64,000 nucleotides of DNA from Octopus sinensis. Taxonomy: Eukaryota. The stretch spans positions 1-64,000 of the forward strand of contig NW_021832229.1 in assembly GCF_006345805.1 (NCBI RefSeq), in the 5' to 3' direction. The position numbers were made by a program, and so were the translations under genes. Under the pieces are notes generated by a model. That model was not told where the DNA came from. It saw only the letters and a list, made by a program, of their open reading frames with translations, and did no database searches. Position 1 is the first letter of the stretch; each line of letters begins with the position of its first letter. This document shows positions 42,158 to 54,007 of this stretch, in pieces.

Positions 42158-42468
42158 GTGTAGGAAGAATTGTGTCGAAAAACTTGATGTGCATTTTGTT
42201 TGGAGAATTAAGTTCCTGGATTTTCCTGAAGAGAAGGCTGCAAAATGGTCTCCTTATTCAATCTGAATTAGGGACTTTGCAGCCTTTGAAACATATGTAG
42301 AAAATAATAAAAAGGAAATATATAAACTTCAAATTTCCGCACTAAGGCACTGGTTTGAGACCCCATGGTCGTAACCTCAACCGTGATTTTTCTGTTGTGA
42401 TTTTTGCTACCTAGGTATCGGTTATCTTTTGAATAATCCGTAGCAAGATAATTCATTTATCCATTTCA

Positions 42469-42533
<65 letters not shown>

Positions 42534-42570
42534 GATGAGAAAGTTGTTTTGTGAAAGCACGTGGTTGAAT

Positions 42571-42892
42571 ATATAGAAAATAATAAAAAGTGAAAAAACT
42601 ACAGAAGGCTTGTTTTTAAAAGGTTAAAAAATATATATTTGAGTCAATATGTCTGAAGAATGTTATAAATTTTTTTCTTACAATGACATAGTTTAGAAGA
42701 AATGACCGGTTTCGCGTTCAGCTTTTCAAATTTCTTGTAAGAAATTTGAAAAGCTGAACGCGAAACCGGTAATTTCTTCTAAACTATGTCATTGTAAGAA
42801 AAAAATTTATAACATTCTTCAGACATATTGACTCAAATATATATTTTTTAACCTTTTAAAAACAAGCCTTCTGTAGTTTTTTCACTTGTTAC

Positions 42893-42904
<12 letters not shown>
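42571..42904. repeat. near-perfect palindrome (2-nt centre) with a degenerate minimal hammerhead in each arm
   Basis: 42588-42736 mirrors 42739-42887 with one mismatch; looser pairing continues into the flanking AT runs. Each arm starts aagaaat-TTGAAAA-gc-tgaac-gc-GAAAC-CG-GT(C/A)-atttctt. Confidence 0.9.
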
Positions 42905-42928
<24 letters not shown>

Positions 42929-43589
42929 CTCAACTTGTGTGTCTGTGTGTGTATCTGTGTGTGTGTCTGTGTGTGTATCTGTGTGTGTGTGTGTCTGTGT
43001 GTTTAACTTCCTGGCACATCTCCTCCTAGCCAACAAATCGTAGAGCCACCAAATATGGGTCACTTAAAGTTTAGGCGAATGAAAATTGAACTGCGCTATT
43101 TCTGTTCCGAAATTCATCTCGCAAGTCCAAAAATCGATAATGTGTTTGTTTAGGCCTTATCCCATGCATTGAATAGTGAACTTTACTCAGTCAGCTGTTT
43201 GACGTGAACTGTGTTCACCACGCGTGCAAGCATGCGTAAATTGCATGAAAAATAAAAATCAAGATATAAAAACGAATCGCCGTAAACATTGTAGAAATTC
43301 GGCGAAGAAATGAATTTTCGGGATGTAGCCTGGAGGGTTTTTTCGTATTAATCGTTTGGACTTTGTGAACACATACCAATTGTTTTCATAATATTTTTAA
43401 CGCTTTGAATTAAATGTGACCATTTTGCGTTGAGTCTGCAGTTTGAATCACTTTAACCAAATTTTAGCAGGCCGGATTTTTGATCATCACGATACATCGC
43501 CAGCGACTCCCTGAAACTCTCCCCTGAAATCCCCGTTGAGCCGGGCAATACTGCTAGTATATATATATATTACTATCCGTAGCCCTAGT

Positions 43590-44763
43590 CATAACAATTG
43601 CACTCAACCAATTCGAAAAGTGAATATGATAAAGCTGGGGAACAATGACAATTTAACCTCATTTCAAGCAACCTGTGACAACAAACTTGCTGGAATCTCA
43701 GACAATACAGATATTGAACCAGCGTGGTCTGCTTTTTAAAATGCTGCATTTGAGCCATCTTGTGAAACACTCGGGTATGTTAAAAGGAAGCACCAAGATT
43801 GGTTCAACTCAAATGATCTAATCATCTCTCCTCTTTTGGACAATATACACAAGCGTCTCTGTCAATGGATGTGAAATTAAAATAATGCCACAAAACGCAA
43901 CGAATTTTAAAAGGCCAGAAATATATGCCAACCTCAGCTGAACCAAATGAGACAAACATGGTGGCAAAAGAAGGCACAAGAGTTGCAGGATGCTGCGGAC
44001 AGATGTGACTCCAAGTCATTCTATCAGAATTTAAAGGGCGTTTTTGCACCTGTGTCTGGTAGCCCAATTTCCATACTTTCAACTGAGGGTAATCTGACAT
44101 AAAAAGGAGATCACGAAAAGCTAAGCACAGCAATTTTCAAATGTTCTGAGCATGAACTTAATTGTTGATGAAGAATTGATCAACAACCTACCACAGAGGC
44201 CTGTCCTTGAAAAACTGTCAGTTACTCCATCAAATGCTGAGATTTTTTAAAAAACCATAAAACAGCTCACGAATGGAAAATCATCTGGGGACGATAGCAT
44301 ACCAACCGAGATGTGGTAGCAATCTTCTGCTGAAAAAATTATGTGGACTCTTCTCCTTAATCTGGGAATCAGGATCAGTCCCACAGGAGTTTAAAGACGT
44401 TTTTATTGTCCATCTTTATAAGCACAAAGGCAATAAATGTGAACGTGACAACCATAGAGGTATCTCCCTTTTGTGTGTTGCCGGGAAGATCCTTGGAAGG
44501 GTTATCTTAAACAGATTCAACGATGCCCTAGCCAGCCTAGTGTTGCCTGAATTTCAGTGTGACTTTCGGGCCGGTAGAGGCACAATGGATATCATTTTCA
44601 GCCTAATGCAATTGCAGGAAGAGGCTCGTGAGCACAACGGAAACCTTTTTGTCACTTTTGTAGATCTAACTAAAGCTTTCGACACTGTATCTAGGGATGC
44701 TCTTTGGGTTGCCCTTAAAAAGCTAGGTGTTCTCGAAAAGATGCTCAATCTCATTATTTCTCC
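43590..44763 (+). mobile_element. RTE-clade LINE fragment (linker and N-terminal RT domains), pseudogenised
   Basis: RKHQDWFNSND, GISLLCVAGKILGRVILNR, PEFQCDFRAGRGTMDIIFSL, FVDLTKAFDTVSRDALW (ORF 44273-44821). Stops and frameshifts present; truncated before YADD. Confidence 0.9.
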
Positions 44764-45013
44764 CAGTCAGCAGCCTTATCATTACTGGTACTTGAAACTC
44801 TTAAGTTGCATATTTGTGTGAATAAAATCGCTTTTCTTTGGAATAGAAAAAAGTCTATCTTTATTTCTTCTTTTGCTGGTGTCTTAAATTTAGGTTAAAT
44901 CAGTGTTTCTCAAAGGGAAGGCCTATGGGACGGTCGGACAAGTTGTTTTTTGAAAATTTGGTTTAAATGTTTGATAACTGAGCACCGTCCATTGGACGGG
45001 GGGCGTTTTGCTC

Positions 45014-45055
<42 letters not shown>

Positions 45056-45426
45056 ATGTACATATACATATATACACATATGCATTCATGTGTGTGTGTA
45101 TGTAACCAGTTAAATGTCACTTATAATGCAATTTCATATATTCTGCATGATTTATAACTTTTGTAAAGTGATATTGAAATATGTAACATTTATTTTAGTA
45201 TATTGACCTGTTGATACAATTACCGCAGCGACAATTATTGTATTGGTCGGTTACTGCAGTTCGAAATAACTTTCTAAAAGTGTAATACTGATCGTATTAC
45301 ACTATGGAAGGTGGAGAGTACGGCCGAGATTGTAGGGTGTCGGCTGCAATGCATTGCGGCATCTAATTTCGTTCATCTCAGTTCCGAATTAAAATTCTGC
45401 TGATGTTGATTGGTATTGCCTTGCAG

Positions 45427-45476
45427 TCTTCCAATATGCAGTAAATGATATGCTGAAGAGAATGTCTGAAGAAGAG
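45427..45476 (+). CDS. candidate internal coding exon of an unidentified host gene (xFQYAVNDMLKRMSEEE)
   Basis: Acceptor TTGCCTTGCAG|, donor GAG|GTTAGT, open frame, phase 1 to 0, lies in unique sequence. Confidence 0.35.
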
Positions 45477-45496
45477 GTTAGTGTCGGTTCAATTGA

Positions 45497-46130
45497 TTGT
45501 ATGTATGTATGTATGTATGTATGTATGTATGTATGTATGTATGTATGTATGTATGTATGTATGTGTGTATGTACGTATGTGCATGTATGTATGTGTGTAT
45601 GCATGCATGCATGTGTGTATGTATATATATATGTGTGTGTATGTATGTATGTATGTATGTATGTATGTATGTATGTATGTATGTATGTATGTATGCATGT
45701 ATGCATGTATGTATGTATGTATGTGTGTATGTACGTATGTGTATGTATGTATGTGTGTGTATGCATGCATGCATGTGTATATGTATAAATGTGTGTATGT
45801 TTATGCGCACGTACGTCTGTAGATCTTTATATAGTGCTATGTATGTATGTATGTGTATGTGTGTATGTTTGTGCACGTATATGTGTGTATGCGTGTATGC
45901 ACTATGTATGTATGTATGTATGTATGTATGTATGTATGTATGTGTGTGTATGTATGTATACATCTATACATGCTTTTGCGTATGTATATGCGCACGTACG
46001 TCTGTAGATTTTGATATACGTACGTATGTATGTGTATGTGTATATGTTTTCGTATGTATGTGTATGTGTGTATGCGTGTATGCATGTATGTATGTATGCA
46101 TGCATGCATGTATGTATGTATGTATGTATG

Positions 46131-46162
<32 letters not shown>

Positions 46163-46371
46163 TGTATGTATGTATGTATGTATGTATGTATGTGCGTACT
46201 ATGTATATGTATATACGAATGTATATATGTATGAATGTACGAATATATTTACGTGCGTATGTTTGTATAAACTTGCATATGATTGTTTGAAGTATGCATG
46301 CATGTATTTCTGCATGTATGTCTGTATGTATATAACTGTTCATGTATATATATGTGTGTATGTATGTATGC
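45497..46371. repeat. compound (ATGT)n/(GT)n microsatellite field
   Basis: Direct reading. GCGCACGTACGTCTGTAGAT recurs at ~45806 and ~45990. Confidence 0.95.
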
Positions 46372-46465
46372 CAGTACGAGGACTTTTGTGGTTCACAACA
46401 CCTACACAACAGTCAACGAGAGGTCTCCTATGTTGTGATCGATTGGCCTCTTAGGAAAAGCAACC

Positions 46466-46467
<2 letters not shown>

Positions 46468-46523
<56 letters not shown>

Positions 46524-46630
46524 TTATCTATCTATCTATCTATCTCTTTCTCTCTCTTTCTCTCCCTATCTATCTATCTATCTCTATTTCTCTCTATATA
46601 TATATTTTTTTTCTCTGATTCTCTCTCTCT
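46468..46630. repeat. (CT)n/(TATC)n microsatellite
   Basis: Direct reading. Confidence 0.9.
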
Positions 46631-47304
46631 CAAATCAAAGCTTGGTGTCTTAAATAAAGAAATGCTACATTGGATAATGTAGTCTTGGATGGTCACGGAA
46701 GGAATGCCTTTGATTATAGGTCAACTCGACAAAAAAGTAAACAGCAATAATGACTAGGCCAGTACTTATAATTTTATTCCGATGGTGATAAATTGATGAG
46801 GAATATATTTCTCCCTGAATAGTAGCTAACATATTTTAGTAAAAGACCTTTAACGCAGAGTTCTTCGTCGATAAGTACTGCTTAGAGTGGTAAACGATAA
46901 CCACAGCTTACAGCATTGAATTCTGTATCACCCATTTATATCAACTTCTAGCCATGTGAACTTGATTGTTGAAAGTAACATGTTAAAACCACTGACACAA
47001 CATAATACATATGAAGGACATCATCCACTCGGGTGATCATGGGGTACTTTATCTTACGGGTTACCTACACTTTCCAGTCCACTATATATCGACAAAAATT
47101 GGTCTCATGTCGTAAAGCGAAACAAGATTCCTTTCACCTTCACCCCGCTCCTAGAATCACCCCACAGTTAAGGCCATCCCATCCCTGACTAGAGAAAATA
47201 CATCTTTATTTGACATTTAGACAATAAATTCACCAAACTAATTTAACTCGGTCGTTTTCTCATCATTTTATAGATAAAAGAGACCTTCGATTAAAGAAAA
47301 ATTC

Positions 47305-47471
47305 CAGGAGTGGCTGTGTGGTAAGTAGCTTGCTTACCAACCACATGGTTCCGGGTTCAGTCCCACAGCGTGGCACCTTGGGCTAGTGTCTTCTACTATA
47401 GCCTCGAGCCGACCAAAGCCTTTTGAGTGGATTTGGTAGACGGAAACTGAAAGAAGCCCGTCGTAAATATG

Positions 47472-47506
<35 letters not shown>

Positions 47507-47735
47507 GTGTATATGTTTGTGTGTCTGTGTTTGTTCCCCCCCCCAACATTGCTTGACAACCGATGCTGGTGTGTTTACGTCCCCGTAACTTAGCGGCTCG
47601 GCAAAAGAGGCCGATGGAATAAGTACAAGGATTCCACAAAATAAGTCCTGGGGTCGATTTACTCGACTAAAGGCGGTGCTCCAGCATGGCCGCAGACTAA
47701 TGACTGAAAAAAGTAAAAGAGTAAAAGAGAGAGAG
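47305..47735 (+). mobile_element. tRNA-derived SINE with internal (AT/GT) microsatellite
   Basis: Head GGAGTGGCTGTGTGGTAAG, B box GGTTCAGTCCC, GGCACCTTGGGCTAGTGTC domain, (GAGTAAAA)-type tail. Same family as 63130-63480. Confidence 0.85.
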
Positions 47736-48219
47736 AGTTAATCCATAAAATGATAGTATTAACTTTCGGCAAATATTGAGAACCCCCACTAACAAAACTG
47801 TATCGTAATCTAACAGCCTATTAATGTTGACGTTTCATATCGTAAGAGATCCACTGTGTAGCGTTGTTTGTCAAAGTACATAACTTCCGAATGACGCAAT
47901 CCACATTTGTTGATTAAAGCTTCCTTCTATGAGCAGCCCGAACATTGTATCAATGGCGAGTGTATATGGAGTGCTGATTTCAGAAATCTTCACAATTATT
48001 AAAATATATTCTTGCTTTAGATATATTAGTAAATTCTTGCTTATTTCCCTTAGATCATGTTCCACTTTATTAGTTCCCTTGCATCAGAACCTCAATAAAC
48101 AATCGAATACAATTGTTGGAAAATGCGCTTAGACTTTAGAAACGTGACGATGTTGCTCATTCTTTGAGGCACAAAAAAAGGAGACTTCAGAAGATTCTCA
48201 CAAACAACAAATTTAATTA

Positions 48220-48490
48220 TTTACATTATTTACATTCTAATGGATTTTGTACTCATTTTGTTTGTTGTTTTAACAGTTTCAGCTGATATACCCTCCAGCC
48301 TTCATCAGGTGTCTTGGGGAAATTTCGAACCTGGGTTCTCATTCCTAAGGTATTTTTCGATGTTGTTGTTGTTATTATTATTATTATTATTATTGCTATT
48401 ATTATTATTATTATTCAGGTCACTGCCTAGAATCGAACTCGGAATTTTGGGGTTAGTAGCCCGCGCTCTTAACCACTACGCCATATGCCC
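48220..48490 (-). mobile_element. SINE with tRNA-like head, (TAA)n/(CAA)n linker and hammerhead-like tail
   Basis: Minus strand: GGGCATATGGCGTAGTGG (A box)...GAGTTCGATTC (B box)-GTGACCTGAA-(TAA)n(CAA)n-GAAAAATACCTTAGG...acac-CTGATGA-A-GGCTG-gagggtatat-CAGCT-GAAAC. Confidence 0.75.
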
Positions 48491-48494
48491 GTGA

Positions 48495-48553
<59 letters not shown>

Positions 48554-49008
48554 TAATAATAATAATAACAGATTTGCTTGTCAGTTCTTAACCAGTTGAG
48601 CATGTCCCTTAGTGGCTGACGATATGTGCATTTCTGATCACGAGCAGAAGTAGTGGGGGAGCATCATAGCCATGTGTTGAGAGGGATTGTTGGGGGTTTG
48701 AATAATTCACCTCTGGAAACATCGGTGGTTCTTTCAACATCCTTAAACAACCCTTATTCAGGGACCTTTTGAGCAGGATGGGCTACTCAACCTGAAGAAA
48801 ATTCTAACTGGGCCCCACCTGCAAGGTCATGTGCTGTTTATCTTGATTTGAGATCACCATGTCGCGCACATATGGTTGTGATGCATGTGCCTGGTGTACC
48901 TTTATCAGACGGGTAGTCATGATGGGTATATTGGGCTTCGTATATTTTACCCCAGTGTCACTTTGATGGCATGAACTGCTCTCTCACTGAATAATAATAA
49001 TAATAATG

Positions 49009-49069
<61 letters not shown>

Positions 49070-49085
49070 TGATGATGATGATAAT

Positions 49086-49119
<34 letters not shown>

Positions 49120-49256
49120 ACAACAACAACGAAAAATACCTTAGGAATGAGAACCCAGGTTCGAAATTTTCCCAAGACACCTGATGAAGGCTTGAGGGTA
49201 TATCAGCCAAAACGTGTTAACAACAAACAGTCAAAATGTAAATAATGTACATAATA
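48491..49256 (+). mobile_element. headless inverted copy of the same SINE, split by an unclassified ~420-bp insertion (48569-48989) in its (AAT)n linker
   Basis: Starts GTGACCTGAA(TAA)n immediately after the head of the minus copy. Resumes as (AAT)n/(AAC)n-GAAAAATACCTTAGG...acac-CTGATGA(49181-87)-AGGCTTGAGGGTATATCAGCC-AAAAC-GTGT. Confidence 0.75.
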
Positions 49257-49427
49257 CCTCATCTTTTAAATATAGAACTATATAGACAAATTTAATGTTT
49301 TAAATTTATATAACATTATCATTTTAATGTTAAACATTTGCAGCTTTAAAATTAAGCACTTAAAAATAAAACCGAAATATTCTTTTCTATTCTATGCACA
49401 AGGCCCGAAATTCTCTCTCCCTCTCTA

Positions 49428-49462
<35 letters not shown>

Positions 49463-49475
49463 CTCTCGCTCTCTT

Positions 49476-49570
49476 TACCGAGCCGCTAAGTTATGGGGAT
49501 GTAAACACAACACATCAACACCAGTTGTCAACTAGTGGTGCGGGGACAAACAGACAAAAAGACACACACA
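49476..49570 (-). mobile_element. fragment of the 47305-type SINE
   Basis: CCGAGCCGCTAAGTTATGGGGATGTAAACAC is the reverse complement of the GTGTTTACGTCCCCGTAACTTAGCGGCTCGG segment at ~47570-47600. Confidence 0.65.
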
Positions 49571-49590
49571 CCTAGATATATACATATATA

Positions 49591-50740
49591 CAGGATGGGT
49601 GGAAAGTAACTAGACATTAGAAATTGCTTATAGAATTTATAGTATCACTGAAGTCATGGCGAAAGCAGATTTTAAACAGACATCACTAGTGAGGATTTCT
49701 TTCTTTTTTATTGTCTTATTTCTTATTTTCCAGATGATCAGTCGTTTGACTGTTCAAGACGAGCTAAGATAGCAGCACGCTACGAAGTGTGGAATTCCAT
49801 TGTTTGGGTTCAGAGATGGCGGCGTGCATGGAAAGATAAGCATGCAACACTACGTCCAGAGACTATAAAAAGTTGACATGCAAAGCTGATAACCATGGGC
49901 TCTGTGAACGATGGAAGAAGTGGCCGTCCAACCACATCCCGACCAGCGGAGAACGTGGCAACAATGCAGGAATTGTTTAATCGCAGCCCACAAAATTCAA
50001 CGCGTCAAGCAGCTCGTGAAAGTGAACTAACAAGATATACAATACGTACAGTGTTGCATAAAGAATTGAATTTTCGTCCGTGGAAACCTCATTACGTGCA
50101 GGAGCTAAAATCTGAAGACTGTGACCGCAGAATGGAATATTAAGATTTAATTCTGGGTTAGCATGAAGATTGGTCTGAATTGTTTGAAAACATCCTCTAG
50201 AGTGACGAGGCTGCATTCCATGTTGGTGCTTTCATCAATCGTCACAACTACCATTACAGGGCATCGTGTGATAAGGATCCAAGCACAAACGTTACGGTTG
50301 AGAGGATGCAAGTTAGACCGAAAGTGACCGTGTGATGCGGAATGACAGCAACAAGTGTCGTTGGCCCATATCTTCTGTGTGACGCCATGAATACGGATCG
50401 CTGTCTTCAGATGCCTGAAAATTACGTGGGGCCCACGCTGTCTGGCTGGGATAACTTTGGCGTCCTGATATTCATGCAGGATGGTGCACCACGCCATTTT
50501 GCTCTTACTGTGCGTGCGTGGTTAGATCAACATTTTCCAGGACGTTGGATGGTACGACATGGACCTCATGAATGGCCTCCAAGAAGGCCAGATCACATTC
50601 CATGTGGTTTTTACCTGTGTGGTTACACAAAAGAGGAGGTGTACAAGACAAAATCTCGCAAACTGGAGGACTTGGAGACAAGGATTCAGGAAGTTTTCAA
50701 TGATATCGCAGACGATATCCTTCAGAAGGTTTAGACGACG
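49591..50740 (+). mobile_element. DD41D (rosa-type) Tc1/mariner transposon, pseudogenised, right TIR missing
   Basis: TA|CAGGATGGGTGGAAAGTAACTAGACA end. GSVNDGRSGRPTTSR, IL*SDEAAFH and MQDGAPRH...WPPRRPDHIPCGF. There are 41 residues between the second D and the third position, which reads GGT instead of GAT. Confidence 0.8.
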
Positions 50741-50855
50741 TCTTTGTTAACAAGGAACTTACTAGATGTACAAACCAAACTGTCAAATTAGATCATTAGA
50801 AAATAAAATTGATTAGAACTACCAGTGAAGTCATTCTTTTCCTTTTTCGAACATA

Positions 50856-51120
50856 TGTATGTATGTATGGATGGATGTATGGATGGATGGATGGATGGAT
50901 GGATGCATGGATGGATGGATGGATGGATGGATAGATGGATGTATGGATGTATATATGTATGTATGAATGTATGGATGTATGGATGGATGGATGTATGTAT
51001 GGATGTATGAATGGATGGATGTTTGTATGTATGTATGTATGGATGGATGGATGGATGGATGGATGGATGGATGGAGGGAGGGATGGAGGGCTGCATGGAG
51101 GAATAGATGGATGGATGGAT
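50856..51120. repeat. (GGAT)n/(GTAT)n microsatellite
   Basis: Direct reading. Confidence 0.95.
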
Positions 51121-51640
51121 GTAGCATAGCTGTCTGCACAGGCATCATAAATCTGACTTTCACTCTGAAGGAGTGACCCTTAGTTACCAAACAGAGGAAG
51201 GAGCTCTCTGAATTTGCTCAGCCTATTTTTATTCTTGCAGCCACACTCTTGGTTCATTCACCTCTGCTACTGACTTTGTTGCTCAACAATCTTTATCGTA
51301 CTCCTCTGGTATTTGATGAAGCCCATTTTCTGTACATTTTTAGTGTTTATTGTACATGTGCACCTTCCACATACAAAATGTATTTCCCCAGTTTACTTGC
51401 CTCTGATATTGCTACACCTATTATGTGTAACACAGAGTACACCTTATGGAATTCCTACCTACCCATTTCCTACAGATTGAGCAGGGCCTGAAGGGCTTTA
51501 CGATTTGTCTACTTTCCTACTTACTAAGATTTTGGTTTTGGGAAGGTTAACTGTACAGCCTTTAAATTCTAAACTTTGCTTCCATACGAGAAATTTGTTC
51601 TCTAGTTCTGGTAGTGATTTAGCTATAAAAAGAAGCTCAT
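51121..51640 (-). mobile_element. RTE-clade LINE fragment, RT portion downstream of YADD
   Basis: Minus strand: ELLFIAKSLPELENKFLVWKQSLEFKG..VNLPKTKILV, a Cys-rich segment, VAARIKIG*ANSE and [10 protein letters not shown]...TAMLH. Confidence 0.8.
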
Positions 51641-53603
51641 TAGTAAATAAGTGTGAAAACTCTTTGCTTTCACAAACACATGTATACAGATTGAAGCAAT
51701 GGAAAAAAAGGTCCTCGGTATATCTGAAACGTGAAGGAAAATATTTGGATAATGAAACTAATAATGTATGGGTAATTGAATGTAATGTAATAAATGATAA
51801 TATATGAGTGTTCAGTTGTCATCCTCTATGCCCTCCCCAATTCCTTTGAGAGAAGCAAAGAAGACTAATAATATGTATTAAATGGTTAACGAGAATGTGA
51901 TAATTAGTGTGAGAGACAATTAATTAATATTGATGATGTGACGATGAAGGAGCAACGTGTCAGTTGTGCATCAGGCTTTTGTGTCAGTCTTTGCGAGTCT
52001 GGCAGAGCGACAAACAGGACAATTGCTGGATGGAGGATAAACTGCATCAGGCAAGGGTCACTTTTGGAAAGCAGGGGCTTGAAGGGGTGTCAGGTACAAT
52101 CATTTGTGGTGAAGGTGGGGTAAGTTGGCATGGCTCTGTGGGTAGGCGGTAAGATGCATTTCCGGTCATAGTGATTTTGGAGTCGGGAAGTGGGCATTGG
52201 TGTTGCAGCTGCATGAGGTGCTGTTAAAGTGGGTTGAGAAGGTAGTCTCATCACTGGTGTTGGCGTGAGGAGCGCAGGTGGTCCAGACACCATGAGCAGT
52301 GGGGCGTGGGGAAGAAGCAGTAGATACTTCCAGAGGAATTTTGTTGCACAGTGTGACTTGGCCTCATCCATCCACTCTCAACATGTACGGATCGAACTGG
52401 CATACATCTGCAATGGCACCAGTTTCCCCCCCCCCCCATTTGTAGGATGGGGTCCAACATTGGCTCTGGATGAGGACATAGTCTGAAAGTCAGTGGTAGA
52501 AGTGAGCATGTGGCGGTTACGCATGTGGCGGTTACGCAGGTCTTCTTTTCGAGAAGTCATAGTCTCTTACTATGTGGAATGTGACTGGTACTTGCTGGGA
52601 TGGATGGGAATAACATATTGTATAGGGCTGCCAAAGATGCACATGGCTGGGGACAAGTGTGTGACCCGGTCAGGTGTATTTCTTTATTGTAGCATTGTGC
52701 ACTGGAAACTGTCAGTGTTAAGGAAGCCATTGGTGTCAGTGTTGTCTGTAACGAGGCCCTTTATAGTCTCAATACCGACTTTGGCGTGGCAGTTGTCATG
52801 GGGAAATGCAACGGTGGTGATTCTGTGGTCCACTCCCCAATTGTGGAAGAAGGTACAATGTCAGCTCATTGCTGATAGGGCGGTGTTAAGTGCCTGTGCG
52901 CCATTCGATGCTTTCTTCACAATGTTTTTCCAGACCTGTTTGGACATACCACCATTGTCTGTCTGTCACCAAGTGACAGATGTACCAATGGGGATAGGCT
53001 TTATAACTCCAAGTGGAACGTTCCAGTCGCGACCTGCTTCACTTCCTCTTGCCAATGAACCAGGACTGGTATGGGCGTATGGTGGGTGACTGGTTTCGCA
53101 TTTGGATTCTCCATTAAGCGAATCGGTGGGCCAGACATCTTAGTGGAGTTTGCTAATGTTCGCAGACATTGAATATGCTTCAGCATTGTATCAGCCACTT
53201 CTTCAGGCAAACACGTTTTCCCTCAGTGGCTGGGAATGGTAGTGTAGTTGGAGGAGGGGGTTGCATTTGTTGTAGGTGGCAGGTGCATACATTCTGTGTC
53301 ATTGTTGTAGATGATCGATGAAGCTTGTCAATACCCACCCTGGAGTGTTTACAGGCCAACTCGTGGTACAATCAGGTGCAGGACAGGGTACGTTGGTCAT
53401 ACTGACTCGCTTTTTGTCATAAATAAGTCTGACAACTGTTTGCTTTCACCAATATTTTACGCAGTCTGACGCAATGAATAGAGGGTCTTCCGTATACCTG
53501 AAATGTGAAGGGAAAGCTGATGGATAATAAAATGAATAATATATGGCGAATTGAATGTAATGTAATAAATGGTAATATATGTGTGCTTAGTTGTAATCCT
53601 GTA
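51641..53603 (-). mobile_element. internally deleted Gypsy-type LTR retrotransposon with two ~185-bp diverged LTRs
   Basis: Direct repeats at 51641-51828 and 53417-53603. Purine tract AAAGGAATTGGGGAGGGCA next to the left LTR on the minus strand. pol remnants GPPIRLMENPNAKPVTHHTPIPVLVHWQEEVK, GVIKPIPIGTSVTW and integrase [35 protein letters not shown]. No clean PBS or TSD seen. Confidence 0.8.
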
Positions 53604-53673
53604 ATCAGCATAGAGGAGTTGCTAGGGTCTGCCTGTTTTAAATTTCTCTGTTATTGCCTGAATGAATATGATA
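53604..53673 (-). mobile_element. upstream stub of the same RTE LINE
   Basis: Minus strand IIFIQAITEKFKTGRP*QLLYAD, which continues at 51640 as E/DLLFIA. Confidence 0.7.
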
Positions 53674-53881
53674 TCAACAAAAGTCAAGTACCGAGGTTTT
53701 ATATTTGGTTAGGTACTTCTGCGGGTTTCTTACCAGAAATATATCATGACTGGTGCTTCTTCCTTCAAAATAAAGTCCACTATTACAACAGATTGATGTC
53801 TACCTATATACAAACATATAGTCAGGGTAGCCATGAACTTTCTCCACAGCAACACACCCCTGCCTGTCTCTATCAGCTTAG

Positions 53882-54007
53882 GGTGAAGCCACTTCTCTTA
53901 CTACTAGCAATCTACTCTGCCTTGAAATTTACTTTGTAATTTTACTAGTATCAGTATTACCAAAACTGTTCCCAGACATAGACACCATGTCAAAACAGAC
54001 ATTAGAG
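53882..54007 (+). CDS. candidate coding exon (GEATSLTTSNLLCLEIYFVILLVSVLPKLFPDIDTMSKQTLE)
   Basis: Donor GAG|GTAAGT at 54008 is a perfect consensus. Acceptor CTATCAGCTTAG| at 53881, with an alternative acceptor TTTTACTAG| at 53948. Open frame ending in phase 0. Confidence 0.45.

Noticed and set aside
42160-42378. Frame KNCVEKLDVHFVWRIKFLDFPEEKAAKWSPYSI*IRDFAAFETY...
   Set aside because: Contains an internal stop, no convincing splice sites and no family I can name.
43058-43421. Possible MITE bounded by GGTCAC/GTGACC
   Set aside because: The terminal match is only 6 bp and no TSD is evident.
44901-45010. CAGTGTTTCTCAAA hAT-like terminus
   Set aside because: No matching opposite end found.
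48424-48490. Functional tRNA gene
   Set aside because: A and B boxes are present, but the acceptor and anticodon stems do not pair properly and it is fused to a repeat body, so it is treated as a SINE head.
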